Assembly (NCBI GenBank): GCA_965217865.1
Contig: CBDCJO010000002.1
Location: 832,001-896,000, forward strand
From: Candidatus Latescibacterota bacterium
GTDB taxonomy: Bacteria > Latescibacterota > UBA2968 > SICM01
Direction: 5' to 3'
Length of the DNA: 64,000 nt
The notes below the pieces were generated by a model. That model had not been told where the DNA came from and ran no database searches. It was given only the letters and a program-made list of their open reading frames with translations. Below, piece after piece: positions 41,806 through 51,582 of this stretch (within the stretch, counting starts at the first letter, position 1; the number at the start of each line of letters is the position of its first letter). A program made the position numbers and the translations under genes.

Positions 41806-42171
41806 ATGGAAAAGTCCCTCGGAAGGCCAAACAAGATGTTATTCCTTAAAAAGAATAGTTTGGAGAAAGATACAATTAAACTGAGACCGGCAACGATCCA
41901 GGATGCAGATTTGCTCTTGGAATGGCGTAATGATCCTGAAACAAGGAGTGCGAGCCACAAGACCGCAGTTGTGCAGAGGGAAGAACACATTTCCTGGTTG
42001 CTAAAAACCCTGGACAACCCAAGCCGGAGGTTATTAATTGCTGAAGAGAATGAGGTTCCCGTTGGTACCGTTCGCGCAGATTTTTCTGATGGTGTTTATG
42101 AGCTTTCTTGGACAGTAGCCCCTGATGCAAGAGGGTACGGTGTGGGAAAATGTGAAGGGATAGCAAGATGA
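41806..42171 (+). pseudogene. GNAT N-acetyltransferase (PseH-like), truncated
   Basis: LRPATIQDADLLLEWRNDPETR...EEHISW...VAPDARGYGVGK; ends right after motif A. Confidence 0.75.
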
Positions 42172-42708
42172 CCCAGCCGGCGGGTTGAATGAATCGTCCT
42201 AAATCCCCATAATTTGATTGACTTAGGAAAATAGTTCTACATTTCAGCAATTATTTCTTATGGCTGACTTCCGGACCCGTGAATTAGACCATAAGAATGC
42301 GAATCGGGCAAAATCGTTCCATGCCCTTAGTTATAAATTTTCGAAAAATTCGATCGGCTTAGTCTATCATAAGACAATGTATAAATTAAGGTTGTTAACA
42401 ATATCCGTAAAGAATACGCTCAATTTGCTCGTTTAATTTCGGTCGGACCATCTTTTTCAAGAACTAATGGATTACATTCAGCATAGATTTTGCTCATTAG
42501 ATATTAAATGTATTGAAGTTGGGATAACGGCCGATATAGAGATTAAGCAGTTCTTCCGACCTCCCCACCCCAAGTCGAGTTTGTCAAATTCAAATCCATC
42601 CCAAAGAATAACCACTGAAAAGAATCCCAGCATAGATTATCTTTCCCGAAAATACTAGGGGGATCCAATGGATTTTGTGGTTGGAGATCCTTCCGGGTGA
42701 TGAGAAGG

Positions 42709-43638
42709 ATGAAAAACAAGCGTGTTCTGATCACAGGCGGATTCGGATTCATAGGGACAAATTTGATTCGAAAGATGTTGCCCGAAGGCTATGAGGTCAG
42801 GGTTATCGACGACTTGTCAACGGGGAATCGGGATTTTCTCGAAGGCATGCAATACAAATTTTTTCAGGGAGACATTCGCGATAGGGAAATTCTTGAAGAG
42901 GCTCTGGATGGAGTGGATCTTGTCGTTCACTTAGCGGGTCATACCAATGTCATCGAATCGATTGAAAATCCGATGCACGATCTTGAGATCAATGTGCTGG
43001 GAACCCTGAACCTTTTACAAGTAAGTCTAAAACGAGGGATCAAGCGGTTCGTGTTAGCCTCCTCCAACGCCCCACTGGGCGATCAGGAACCCCCGGTCGA
43101 TGAGTCCCAAGTACCGCATCCCTTATCGCCGTATGGCGCAAGCAAGCTAGCCTGCGAGGGTTACTGTGCAGCCTTCCACGGTGGTTATGGGCTCGAGACC
43201 GTTGTGCTTCGGTTCGCGAATGTATACGGGTCCTATTCAACTCATAAAACGAGCGTTGTTGCGAAATTTATCCGACACGCCCTCCGAGGTGAACCGATTG
43301 TGATCTATGGCGACGGCAAACAAACCCGTGACTTTGTTCATGTCGAGGACCTTTGCCATGCTATCATTTTGTCAACCCAGAAACGGGTGGGCGGAGAGCT
43401 GTTCAATATCGCTTCAGGGATCGAAACAAGCGTGCTGGAATTGGTGGATACGATCAGAGAGGCAAGCGGAAAGGATTTCGAGGTGAAATTTGAGCCCGCC
43501 CGAAGGGGTGAAATCCTTCGGAACTACGCATCTATCGAGAAGGCCCGAGATCTGTTGGGATACGATCCTCAGGTGCGGTTGCCGGAGGGTGTAAAAGAAT
43601 GCTACGAATGGTTTCGCAGGAATTATACATACAATTGA
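42709..43638 (+). CDS. NAD-dependent epimerase/dehydratase (UDP-glucose 4-epimerase-like)
   Basis: VLITGGFGFIG, PLSPYGASK, LRFANVYG, YGDGKQTRDFVHV. Confidence 0.92.
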   Translation: MKNKRVLITGGFGFIGTNLIRKMLPEGYEVRVIDDLSTGNRDFLEGMQYKFFQGDIRDREILEEALDGVDLVVHLAGHTNVIESIENPMHDLEINVLGTLNLLQVSLKRGIKRFVLASSNAPLGDQEPPVDESQVPHPLSPYGASKLACEGYCAAFHGGYGLETVVLRFANVYGSYSTHKTSVVAKFIRHALRGEPIVIYGDGKQTRDFVHVEDLCHAIILSTQKRVGGELFNIASGIETSVLELVDTIREASGKDFEVKFEPARRGEILRNYASIEKARDLLGYDPQVRLPEGVKECYEWFRRNYTYN

Positions 43639-44758
43639 ACGAGGGTCCGACAAACCCGGTTATTGGAGATTTTAGATGAGGATTTTTATTGCAGGAGTTG
43701 ATGGTTACCTGGGGTGGTCTCTTGCGATGTACCTGGCCGCCCGGGGACACGAGGTGGGTGGCGTCGATGCATACTTTCGGCGGGACTGGGTGTCGGAAAT
43801 GGGTTCCCAGTCCGCAACCCCTATCCGGCGAATGACCGAGCGACTGGAGGCTTTTCGCGAAAACTTCGACAAGAATCTTGATTTCAGGCGGGGAGACCTG
43901 AGGGAGTACGATTTTGTTCTAAACTTTTTCCGCTCTTTCGAACCTGACGCCATCGTACATCTCGGGGAGATGCCGTCGGCGCCGTTCAGTATGGTGGACG
44001 TTCACCATTGTGTTTTTACGCAGACCAATAACATCGTTGGCACGCTTAACATCCTGTATGCACTGCGTGAAGCCTGTCCCCGGGCCCATCTGGTCAAACT
44101 GGGCACCATGGGGGAGTATGGAACCCCGAATGTCGATATTCCGGAAGGGTTCTTCGATATCGAGTATCGCGGCCGGAAAGACCGGCTTCCGTTCCCGCGA
44201 CAGGCTGGAAGCTGGTACCATCAGACCAAGGTGCACGATTCCCATAACATAATGTTTGCGTGTAAAATATGGGGAATCCGTTCGACGGACATTATGCAGG
44301 GGGTTGTGTTCGGAACCCGAATCGAGGAGATGGGGGACGACGAAAGGCTAGTCACGCGCTTCGACTTCGACCAGGCTTTCGGTACCGCGATCAATCGATA
44401 TTGCGCTCAGGCGGTCATCGGACATCCGCTTTCCCCCCTTTGGGATGGGAAATCAAAAACGGGGTTTTCTGCCTCTGCGCGACTCCATGCAGTGCCTAAC
44501 GCTGGCCATGGAGAACCCTCCAGAGGAGGGGGAGTACCGCGTGTTCAACCAGTTTGAAGAGGTCTACAATGTTACGGAGCTTGCCCAGAAGGTGCGAAAG
44601 GTCGGGGACGAATTCGGACTGAAGGTTGAGATCCGAAACGTGGAAAACCCCCGGAGGGAGATGGAGGAGCACTATTATAACCCCGATCACAGGCACCTCC
44701 TGGATCTGGGCTACCAGCCGACCCACGATATTGAGCAGGAGCTCCGTGTAATTTTTAA

Positions 44759-45655
44759 GGTAATTAGGAAGATATTGGTACCAGATTCACCAGATATGAA
44801 GCAATAATTGGGAAGAGATCCTCGTCTTCCTGGTTGAATCTGAACTCTGTTTCCTTCAGGTATAAATGGAAATGATGTCGAGGGATTCCTCTGTATTGAT
44901 ATAGCCAATTTTTAGAAAAACTCCAGAAGCCTTCGATGCCATTGATGTGATGTCGGCCTTTGCCTTTGGGCACCCCTTCTTCTTTTCGAACAACCACGTG
45001 GTCACCTTTGACTGACAGCCAAGTGTAGGCGTGCCAGTCATCGGTGTAGTATAGACTGCCTGCTTTGGTGTGTGAGGTCACAAGCGGTGTAAGGGTGTTT
45101 CGACTTCGATCCGGAATGGGAAAGGTGAGGACTTTTCCGTTCCTCTGATAAAGCCCGAAAACCAAGTGTTTTCCGGCTGCTCCCCATCCACGCTTACCCT
45201 TATGATGACCTCCATACATCGCCTCGTCCAACTCGATCTCACCCCAAAGCACCTGGTCCGTAAAGCTATGATCGTAGATGGCCTGGCGAAACGTGGTATA
45301 AATCCGCTGAGCCGTTTTCAGCGATACGGACAGGTAGTGCCTGGATCGGTAAGAGGGCACTCCCAATACAAACAGATAAAGTAAATGGGCAAGCTCGTCA
45401 AATGAAATTCGAAGCCTTTCAAGATAAGTGCCCGTGAAATCTTTAAACCGATATCCACACCGTGAACACCTGAACCGATCGTCTTTTAATAAGGGCAACC
45501 TGCGCTGATAATCGCAGCTTGGACATCGCCTTTTTCCACCCCAACGGGCTGCACGAAAATAGGCCCTACTTATCTTGCAGTCATTTGCTAACTTAAGTGG
45601 ATTAATTACCAGCATATTATTAATATACGCTGGTGCCAATATCTACTCAATCACC
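44759..45655 (-). mobile_element. IS1595-family insertion sequence (897 bp)
   Basis: TIRs GGTAATTAGGAAGATATTGGTACCA / GGTGATTGAGTAGATATTGGCACCA; 8-bp TSD ATTTTTAA. Confidence 0.93.
44764..45639 (-). CDS. IS1595-family transposase
   Basis: Zn ribbon CPSC...CSRC, EIELDEAMYGG, GKRGWGA, YYTDDW, HINGIEGFW, YLKETEFRFN. Confidence 0.93.
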   Translation of the reverse strand: MAPAYINNMLVINPLKLANDCKISRAYFRAARWGGKRRCPSCDYQRRLPLLKDDRFRCSRCGYRFKDFTGTYLERLRISFDELAHLLYLFVLGVPSYRSRHYLSVSLKTAQRIYTTFRQAIYDHSFTDQVLWGEIELDEAMYGGHHKGKRGWGAAGKHLVFGLYQRNGKVLTFPIPDRSRNTLTPLVTSHTKAGSLYYTDDWHAYTWLSVKGDHVVVRKEEGVPKGKGRHHINGIEGFWSFSKNWLYQYRGIPRHHFHLYLKETEFRFNQEDEDLFPIIASYLVNLVPISS

Positions 45656-45821
45656 ATTTTTAAAGACCTGATGAAATACAGGGACCGCATCGATGGGAAG
45701 CGGCAGGCCCTGATTCCGGATATTCGCTGGGATGGGTCCCGGGCGAAAGTCAAGTTTATCGAGGTGGGGGGCCAGAATCGGGCGTCAACGGATTAAGGAA
45801 TTGGATCACCGAAAAGTGCAG

Positions 45822-46682
45822 ATGAAAGAGGAACCATCTTCAACCGCGGAATCACATACCTATTACTCCGACCAACAGGTGGGATGGGGTTTCAGGGTGT
45901 GGCGAGAAATGGTGAGCGAGCTGATTCTGAGCAGGGAGCTCATACTCCGCTTGTTCTGGCGTGATTTCACGGCCAAATACAAGCAATCTGTCCTGGGCGT
46001 TCTGTGGGCTCTCATCATGCCCCTGATGATGGTCGGGATCTTCGTGTTTTTGAACCGTTCGGGGATTTTGAATATCGGGGAAACAGCGATCCCATATCCT
46101 TTATACGCCCTGATCGGCCTGACGATCTGGGGGCTTTTCGCCGGGGGACTTATATCCTGCGCCAATGCCATAGTATCGGGTGGATCCCTGGTTGTAAAAG
46201 TCAATTTCCCAAAAGAGTCGTTGATCATCGCATCTTTTGGTCAGGTCATCGTCGAAACGCTTGTGCGTATTGGGCTGTTGGCACTTGTGTTTGTCTTCTA
46301 TCGGGTTATCCCATGCTGGACGACCCTTCTTCTTCCTTTTGTCCTTCTGCCCATGATTTTGCTCACCCTGGGTCTCGGGTTTTTCTTTTCACTGTTGAAC
46401 GTCCTGGTCCGCGACATCGCGAACATGCTCACGCTCGGAACGACATTTCTTCTGTTCCTGACGCCTGTTGCATATCCCATCCCAAAGGAAGGGATATTTG
46501 CTGCAGTTGCCCCATATAATCCCCTGGCTACACTCGTCGGCGCGGCCCGCGATGTGGTTATCACGGGTTATTTGAAACAACCAGCTGAGTTTGCGTGGAT
46601 AAGCGGATTCGCTCTGGTAATTTTCCTGATTTCTTGGCGAATTTTCCACCTGGTCGAACCCCGAATGGCGGAGAGGCTATGA
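45822..46682 (+). CDS. wzm: ABC-2 polysaccharide export permease Wzm
   Basis: RDFTAKYKQSVLGVLW, KVNFPKE, FLTPVAYP, NPL. Confidence 0.92.
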   Translation: MKEEPSSTAESHTYYSDQQVGWGFRVWREMVSELILSRELILRLFWRDFTAKYKQSVLGVLWALIMPLMMVGIFVFLNRSGILNIGETAIPYPLYALIGLTIWGLFAGGLISCANAIVSGGSLVVKVNFPKESLIIASFGQVIVETLVRIGLLALVFVFYRVIPCWTTLLLPFVLLPMILLTLGLGFFFSLLNVLVRDIANMLTLGTTFLLFLTPVAYPIPKEGIFAAVAPYNPLATLVGAARDVVITGYLKQPAEFAWISGFALVIFLISWRIFHLVEPRMAERL

Positions 46683-47959
46683 GCGTCGAGAAGACGACCG
46701 TCCTTGTTCAGGAGGTGTCTAAGAAATTCAGCCGATCGCTCAAACATTCGATCGCCTACGGGATGGCGGATATTACCCGGAATGTGGTTGGACTCCGTTC
46801 GCCTTCTGAGGATTTGAGGCCGAGAGAATTCTGGGCGCTCGATGACGTTTCATTCGAGCTTCATAGGGGAGAGATCCTGGGACTGATCGGGCCCAACGGG
46901 TCCGGAAAAAGCACGACGCTAAAGCTTCTTAACGGAATATTCATGCCGGATCGGGGAAGGATCCATATCCATGGGCGGGTGGGCGCCTTAATCGATGTCG
47001 GGGTGGGTTTTCATCCGATGCTGACCGGCCGCGAGAACATCTTCGTCAGCGGGGCGATTCTGGGCTTGTCCAAAAGGGAGATCGACCGGAAACTAGACGA
47101 GATTATCGCATTCTCGGAGATAGAGGACTTCATCGACACGCCGGTGAGGTTCTACAGTTCCGGAATGTACGTGCGGTTGGGTTTCTCCGTGGCGATTCAC
47201 CTGGACCCGGATGTCTTGCTGATCGACGAGGTGTTAAGCGTCGGCGATATGGCCTTTGGACGGAAATGTTTTCAGAGGATGACCGAGATCCTGAATTCAG
47301 GAATCACAGTGGTGTTCGTCTCTCACGCGATCCGTCACGTTGAACGGATCTGCCAAAAGGCCCTTCTGTTGCACCACGGAAAGGTTCGATTTTATGGTCC
47401 CGCATATGAGGTTTCGAAGGAATATTACGCGCTTGCGAATCGCCTTTTCCTTTCAAGAGGTTCGGAAGCTGTTAAAGATCGCGCGTTCGGGGTCCATTCC
47501 GATCCGGAACGGTTCGAGGTGACGGGTGTCGAGTTGCTCGACGAGCGGAGAGAACGATGCGATCAGTTCAAAATGCTTCAGACCGTGATCATTCGATTTC
47601 ACTTTGTCGCCCACCGAAAGGTTGAGGGTTTGCAAGTGGTTGTGCGATTCTTAACGATCGACGGTGTTTCGATCAGCAGTCTTTCCCCCCGGGAAGACGA
47701 ATGTCCGGATTTTGAAGGTGAGGGTTATCTGGATTGCGTTGTTCCGGAGCTGGCCTTGCGCGAAGGGGTATACACCATCACGGTTTCTTTTTCAGATCGT
47801 GTTTCAGCCCTGTTCAAATGCGATCGGGCTGCTGAACTATCGATCATTCCTGATGATTCGCTATACCGGACGAATTTGTCGACGGGAGCCCTGGTGGTTT
47901 TCCCGGCGCGTTGGGAATTCCGAAATCAAGAATCGGAGATTCAAGCCGTCAAGGCATGA
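46679..47959 (+). CDS. wzt: ABC polysaccharide export ATPase Wzt with C-terminal carbohydrate-binding domain
   Basis: GPNGSGKST, YSSGMYVRLGF, LIDEVLSVGD, plus a Wzt_C extension. Confidence 0.93.
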   Translation: MSVEKTTVLVQEVSKKFSRSLKHSIAYGMADITRNVVGLRSPSEDLRPREFWALDDVSFELHRGEILGLIGPNGSGKSTTLKLLNGIFMPDRGRIHIHGRVGALIDVGVGFHPMLTGRENIFVSGAILGLSKREIDRKLDEIIAFSEIEDFIDTPVRFYSSGMYVRLGFSVAIHLDPDVLLIDEVLSVGDMAFGRKCFQRMTEILNSGITVVFVSHAIRHVERICQKALLLHHGKVRFYGPAYEVSKEYYALANRLFLSRGSEAVKDRAFGVHSDPERFEVTGVELLDERRERCDQFKMLQTVIIRFHFVAHRKVEGLQVVVRFLTIDGVSISSLSPREDECPDFEGEGYLDCVVPELALREGVYTITVSFSDRVSALFKCDRAAELSIIPDDSLYRTNLSTGALVVFPARWEFRNQESEIQAVKA

Positions 47960-47988
47960 CCTGAATATACTTTAGCCTGGAGACGAAA

Positions 47989-49407
47989 GTGGCGGATTCT
48001 CAAAATTATAAACCCAAGATAAGCGTCATCATTACTGCCCATAATTATGCAAAATATCTGGGTCAGGCGATCGACAGCGTATTGAACCAGACCCTGGATG
48101 ATTTTGAACTCATCATCGTAGACGACGGGAGCACGGATTTTACCCAGGAAGTCCTGGCGAAATATAAAGGGTCACCTAAAATTAACGTCATCAAGCTCGA
48201 GGGGGTTGGCCTAGCCAAAGCCTGTAACCTGGGGATCCGGGAATCGAGAGGTGAATACATCATTCGGTTGGATGCAGATGACTATTTTGACGAGAATATG
48301 TTACTCGTCGAAAGTTGTGTCCTTGATACAAAATCCGACGTCCATCTGGTATTTTGCGATTATTATCGCATCGACTCGACAGGGGATCTCATTGACTATT
48401 ACAGACTGATGGGGCAGGACGAGTCGACCCTTTTGGATCGTTCATCTCTTGCTTCGGGAATCATGTTCCGTCGATGGTGTTATGAAGAGGTAGGTGGTTA
48501 TAACGAGGGATTGAAATACCAAGAGGATTACGATTTCTGGTTGAAGTTCACATCCCGATTTAAAGTATATAAAGTTCACCTTCCCCTCTACTATTACCGG
48601 AAGCACGATGGAACAATGTCCACCCAGACACAACCTCGGATGGAGGCCAGGAGGCAGGTTAAGAGCGAGTTGGCAAAGCGACGCCGTGAATCTTATCCGG
48701 AGGTCATCGGCGTTATTCCGGCCTCTACATATCTGATGAAAGGTGTTGAATATAAGCCCCCCTTGATTAATATCAACGATGAACCGCTGATTCATTTTGC
48801 CATTCAGAACCTTCAGAGTTGTCAATTTATCCAAAAGGTCTTTGTTTCCGCAGATGACCCGGAAGTTGAGCGTGTTGCTTTGGAGAACGGTGCGCTATCA
48901 CTCGGCCTAAGGCCCAAACGCCTGTCAAAACCGGCGACTATGGAAGAGATCGTAAAGGACACTCTATCAAGGCTCAGTGAGTCTCGCGAGTCCATTCCCG
49001 AGGTTGTTGCAACTCTTGGTCCAGATTATCCCCTCGTCAGGTCGGTTCATCTGGATGAGGCGATCGACACCCTCGTCCTGCATGATTATGATTCCGTTGT
49101 ATCGGTCACCGAAGAAGATGCCTTTCACTGGCATCCCGGACCGGCAGGGTTTGTGCCTATAGGGTATCACCGCGGCATGATGAAAATGGATAAAGAAAAG
49201 GTCTATAAAGAAACCGGAGGGATCAGAGTGGTTCAGACGAAAAACCTTCTGGGTCATTCTTGGTTGGGGCATTCAATTGGATACATTGAGTTGGCACCTC
49301 GGGATGCCCTTAGAATAGAGGATCCCGACTGGTCAAGAATTGCAGTCGAAGCCGTTATGGGGATGCAAGTTGGCCAAGGCAAAGACATGCTGACTAAGTG
49401 GGGGTAA
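47989..49407 (+). CDS. Fusion of a GT2 glycosyltransferase and a NeuA-like cytidylyltransferase domain
   Basis: N-terminal VDDGSTD, RLDADD, EDYDFW; C-terminal GVIPA...PLIHFAI...VFVSADD...YDSVVSV. Confidence 0.82.
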   Translation: MADSQNYKPKISVIITAHNYAKYLGQAIDSVLNQTLDDFELIIVDDGSTDFTQEVLAKYKGSPKINVIKLEGVGLAKACNLGIRESRGEYIIRLDADDYFDENMLLVESCVLDTKSDVHLVFCDYYRIDSTGDLIDYYRLMGQDESTLLDRSSLASGIMFRRWCYEEVGGYNEGLKYQEDYDFWLKFTSRFKVYKVHLPLYYYRKHDGTMSTQTQPRMEARRQVKSELAKRRRESYPEVIGVIPASTYLMKGVEYKPPLININDEPLIHFAIQNLQSCQFIQKVFVSADDPEVERVALENGALSLGLRPKRLSKPATMEEIVKDTLSRLSESRESIPEVVATLGPDYPLVRSVHLDEAIDTLVLHDYDSVVSVTEEDAFHWHPGPAGFVPIGYHRGMMKMDKEKVYKETGGIRVVQTKNLLGHSWLGHSIGYIELAPRDALRIEDPDWSRIAVEAVMGMQVGQGKDMLTKWG

Positions 49408-49414
49408 AAGAATC

Positions 49415-50452
49415 ATGAATATCGGTCCGTTTGAAATCGGGTTGAAAACTCTGGTCATTGCCGAAATCGGTAATAATCACCTGGGAAACCCTGAACTTGC
49501 CAGTCAGATGATCGACGCGGCCGTTGAATGCGGGGTGGATGCAGTTAAGTTTCAACTTTACAATTCCGATTTGCTCGTAACCGCCGATATGCCAGTCCTA
49601 AAACACGTTCCACAAAATGAAGCCAATACCCAGCGAGAAAGATTTCGGAAAATGGTTCTTCCATACGAAGCTTTTGAGAAATTGGCCGAACACGCCAAGG
49701 ATAAGGACGTCATTTTCCTGACCACTCCTTTTGATGAAGAAAGCACGGATTTTCTGGATCATCTTGTGCCGGCTTATAAAATCGCCTCGGGTGAGGCCAA
49801 CAATTTAAGGTTGATCGATCATATAGCTTCGAAGGGAAAGCCCATCCTGATTTCTACGGGGATGTGCACCCAGGATGATGTTGACAATCTCGTTGAAAGG
49901 CTCCCGAGGGAGCGGGTCGTCCTGCTTCACTGCATCGGTTCTTATCCCACGCCGGAAGACCAGGCGAGCCTTTCTGTTATTCCATTTTATCGGGAGCGAT
50001 ATGGAGTCCACGTGGGCTACTCGGATCACACCGTTGGCACTCTGGCCCCTCTTGTGGCGGTTTCCCTCGGGGCCGTCGTAATCGAAAAACATTTCATTCT
50101 TGATCGAGCATCTCCCGCAGGTGATCGAGCGCTCTCGATTACCCCTGAAGAGATGAGGCTTCTTGTTCAAAACATCAGGCGAGTTGAACAGATGAAAGGG
50201 CTCGCATCCAAGGAAATCCAGCAATGCGAGGAATATGCGATTAAGGCCCTGAGGAGGGGGATCTACGTAATAAAAGACTTCAAGGAGAACGAAACAATAA
50301 CCGAATCCGACATCATTGCAACAAGACCGGTGGTCGACGGAGGGAGGAGGATCAATGAGTTGGAAAATGGGGTTCGGTTCCACGTCAAAGGGCCAATTGT
50401 AGCGGGGGGGCCCATTACCTTTGAAAACACCAAACGTATCGATCCAGAATGA
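49415..50452 (+). CDS. N-acetylneuraminate synthase family (NeuB/PseI/LegI-like)
   Basis: IAEIGNNHLG, DAVKFQ, YKIASGE, ISTGM, LLHCIGSYP, GYSDHT, IEKHF. Confidence 0.93.
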   Translation: MNIGPFEIGLKTLVIAEIGNNHLGNPELASQMIDAAVECGVDAVKFQLYNSDLLVTADMPVLKHVPQNEANTQRERFRKMVLPYEAFEKLAEHAKDKDVIFLTTPFDEESTDFLDHLVPAYKIASGEANNLRLIDHIASKGKPILISTGMCTQDDVDNLVERLPRERVVLLHCIGSYPTPEDQASLSVIPFYRERYGVHVGYSDHTVGTLAPLVAVSLGAVVIEKHFILDRASPAGDRALSITPEEMRLLVQNIRRVEQMKGLASKEIQQCEEYAIKALRRGIYVIKDFKENETITESDIIATRPVVDGGRRINELENGVRFHVKGPIVAGGPITFENTKRIDPE

Positions 50453-50469
50453 TCTGAAAACTCTTCTCC

Positions 50470-51288
50470 GTGAACATTAAGGAGGTTGAGGTGGGATACC
50501 GCTGTAATGCGATCATCGAGGCCCGGATATCTTCGACTCGCCTTTTCAAAAAGGTTTTGATGCCCATCTGTGGAAAACCGGCACTCCACCTCCTTATCGA
50601 ACGTGTAGAGCAGAGTTCTGCGATCGATAAAGTGATCGTTGCAACCACGACGGAGGATGAGGATGAGGAAATCGCCAAAGCGGTCTCGAACTGGGGAACA
50701 GCCGTATACCGCGGCAGTCGTGATGATGTCATGTCCAGAGTACTCGAAGCCGCGAAGGCTTACGAAACCGATATTATCGTAGGGCTTACGGGTGATAATC
50801 TCTTGATTGATGGTCACCTCATTGATGCTGTGGTTGAATTTCTATTGAAGGGAAAATATGACTATGTGACGACCACGCACATGCATCACAGCAAGAAATG
50901 GGATGCTGAAAGAACCTTCCCTCCTGGGATAACGGTTCAAGCGCTATGGCGGAGGGTTCTTGAGGAAGTGAACCGAGAGGATTTCGAACCCCGATTACGT
51001 GAGTACAGTACATTTCGGGTTTACGATCAGCCAGAACGATTCAGATTGGGTGCTTTTCAATGCCAAGGCAAATTCGAGACTTTCAACCGTCCTCAATATC
51101 GGCTTACCATGGATACCCCGGAGGATTTTGAAGTGGTCTCCATGGTTTTTGAACAATTTTATCCTACCAACCCATTATTCTCTTCGGCTGAAGTAATTCA
51201 TTGGCTCGATAAGAATCCGGAAATAGTTTCGATAAACCGGCATGTCCAGCCTCGAATTGTCAGTCAGCGAACCAACCTAACTCGTTGA
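50470..51288 (+). CDS. SpsF-like cytidylyltransferase-family protein
   Basis: AIIEARISSTRLFKKVL, YRGSRDDV, LTGDN, RLTMDTPED. Confidence 0.87.
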   Translation: MNIKEVEVGYRCNAIIEARISSTRLFKKVLMPICGKPALHLLIERVEQSSAIDKVIVATTTEDEDEEIAKAVSNWGTAVYRGSRDDVMSRVLEAAKAYETDIIVGLTGDNLLIDGHLIDAVVEFLLKGKYDYVTTTHMHHSKKWDAERTFPPGITVQALWRRVLEEVNREDFEPRLREYSTFRVYDQPERFRLGAFQCQGKFETFNRPQYRLTMDTPEDFEVVSMVFEQFYPTNPLFSSAEVIHWLDKNPEIVSINRHVQPRIVSQRTNLTR

Positions 51289-51582
51289 AGAAGTCGTTCG
51301 AGTTTATATTTCAAATTATATTCCTTGCAGGAATTACCGGGGGCCGGTATTTCTATCCAAATATGGTTTATCGACAGAAGATGCTTCGCGAAAGGGAGCG
51401 ATTTGGAAGATGATGGCTTGTTTCGAGGGGGAGCACACGGTTTTTGATATCGCCGGAAACAATACTGAGTTGGGCTATTGGGATGTTATGGATTATGTAG
51501 AAAAATTTCGTGCGAACGGGTTGGTTGATCCACGCCCGATTTAAATCAGTAATACCAATTCCGTGTTTGAAAGAAATCAGAA

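Larger units (their letters stand above)
43676..45796 (+). pseudogene. sqdB: UDP-sulfoquinovose synthase (SqdB/SQD1/Agl3), frameshifted at a C6 run and interrupted by IS1595
   Basis: GVDGYLGW, PSAPFSM, HLVKLGTMGEYGTPN, SWYHQTKVHDS, EYRVFNQF, EEHYYN; C-terminus resumes at 45656. Confidence 0.88.
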
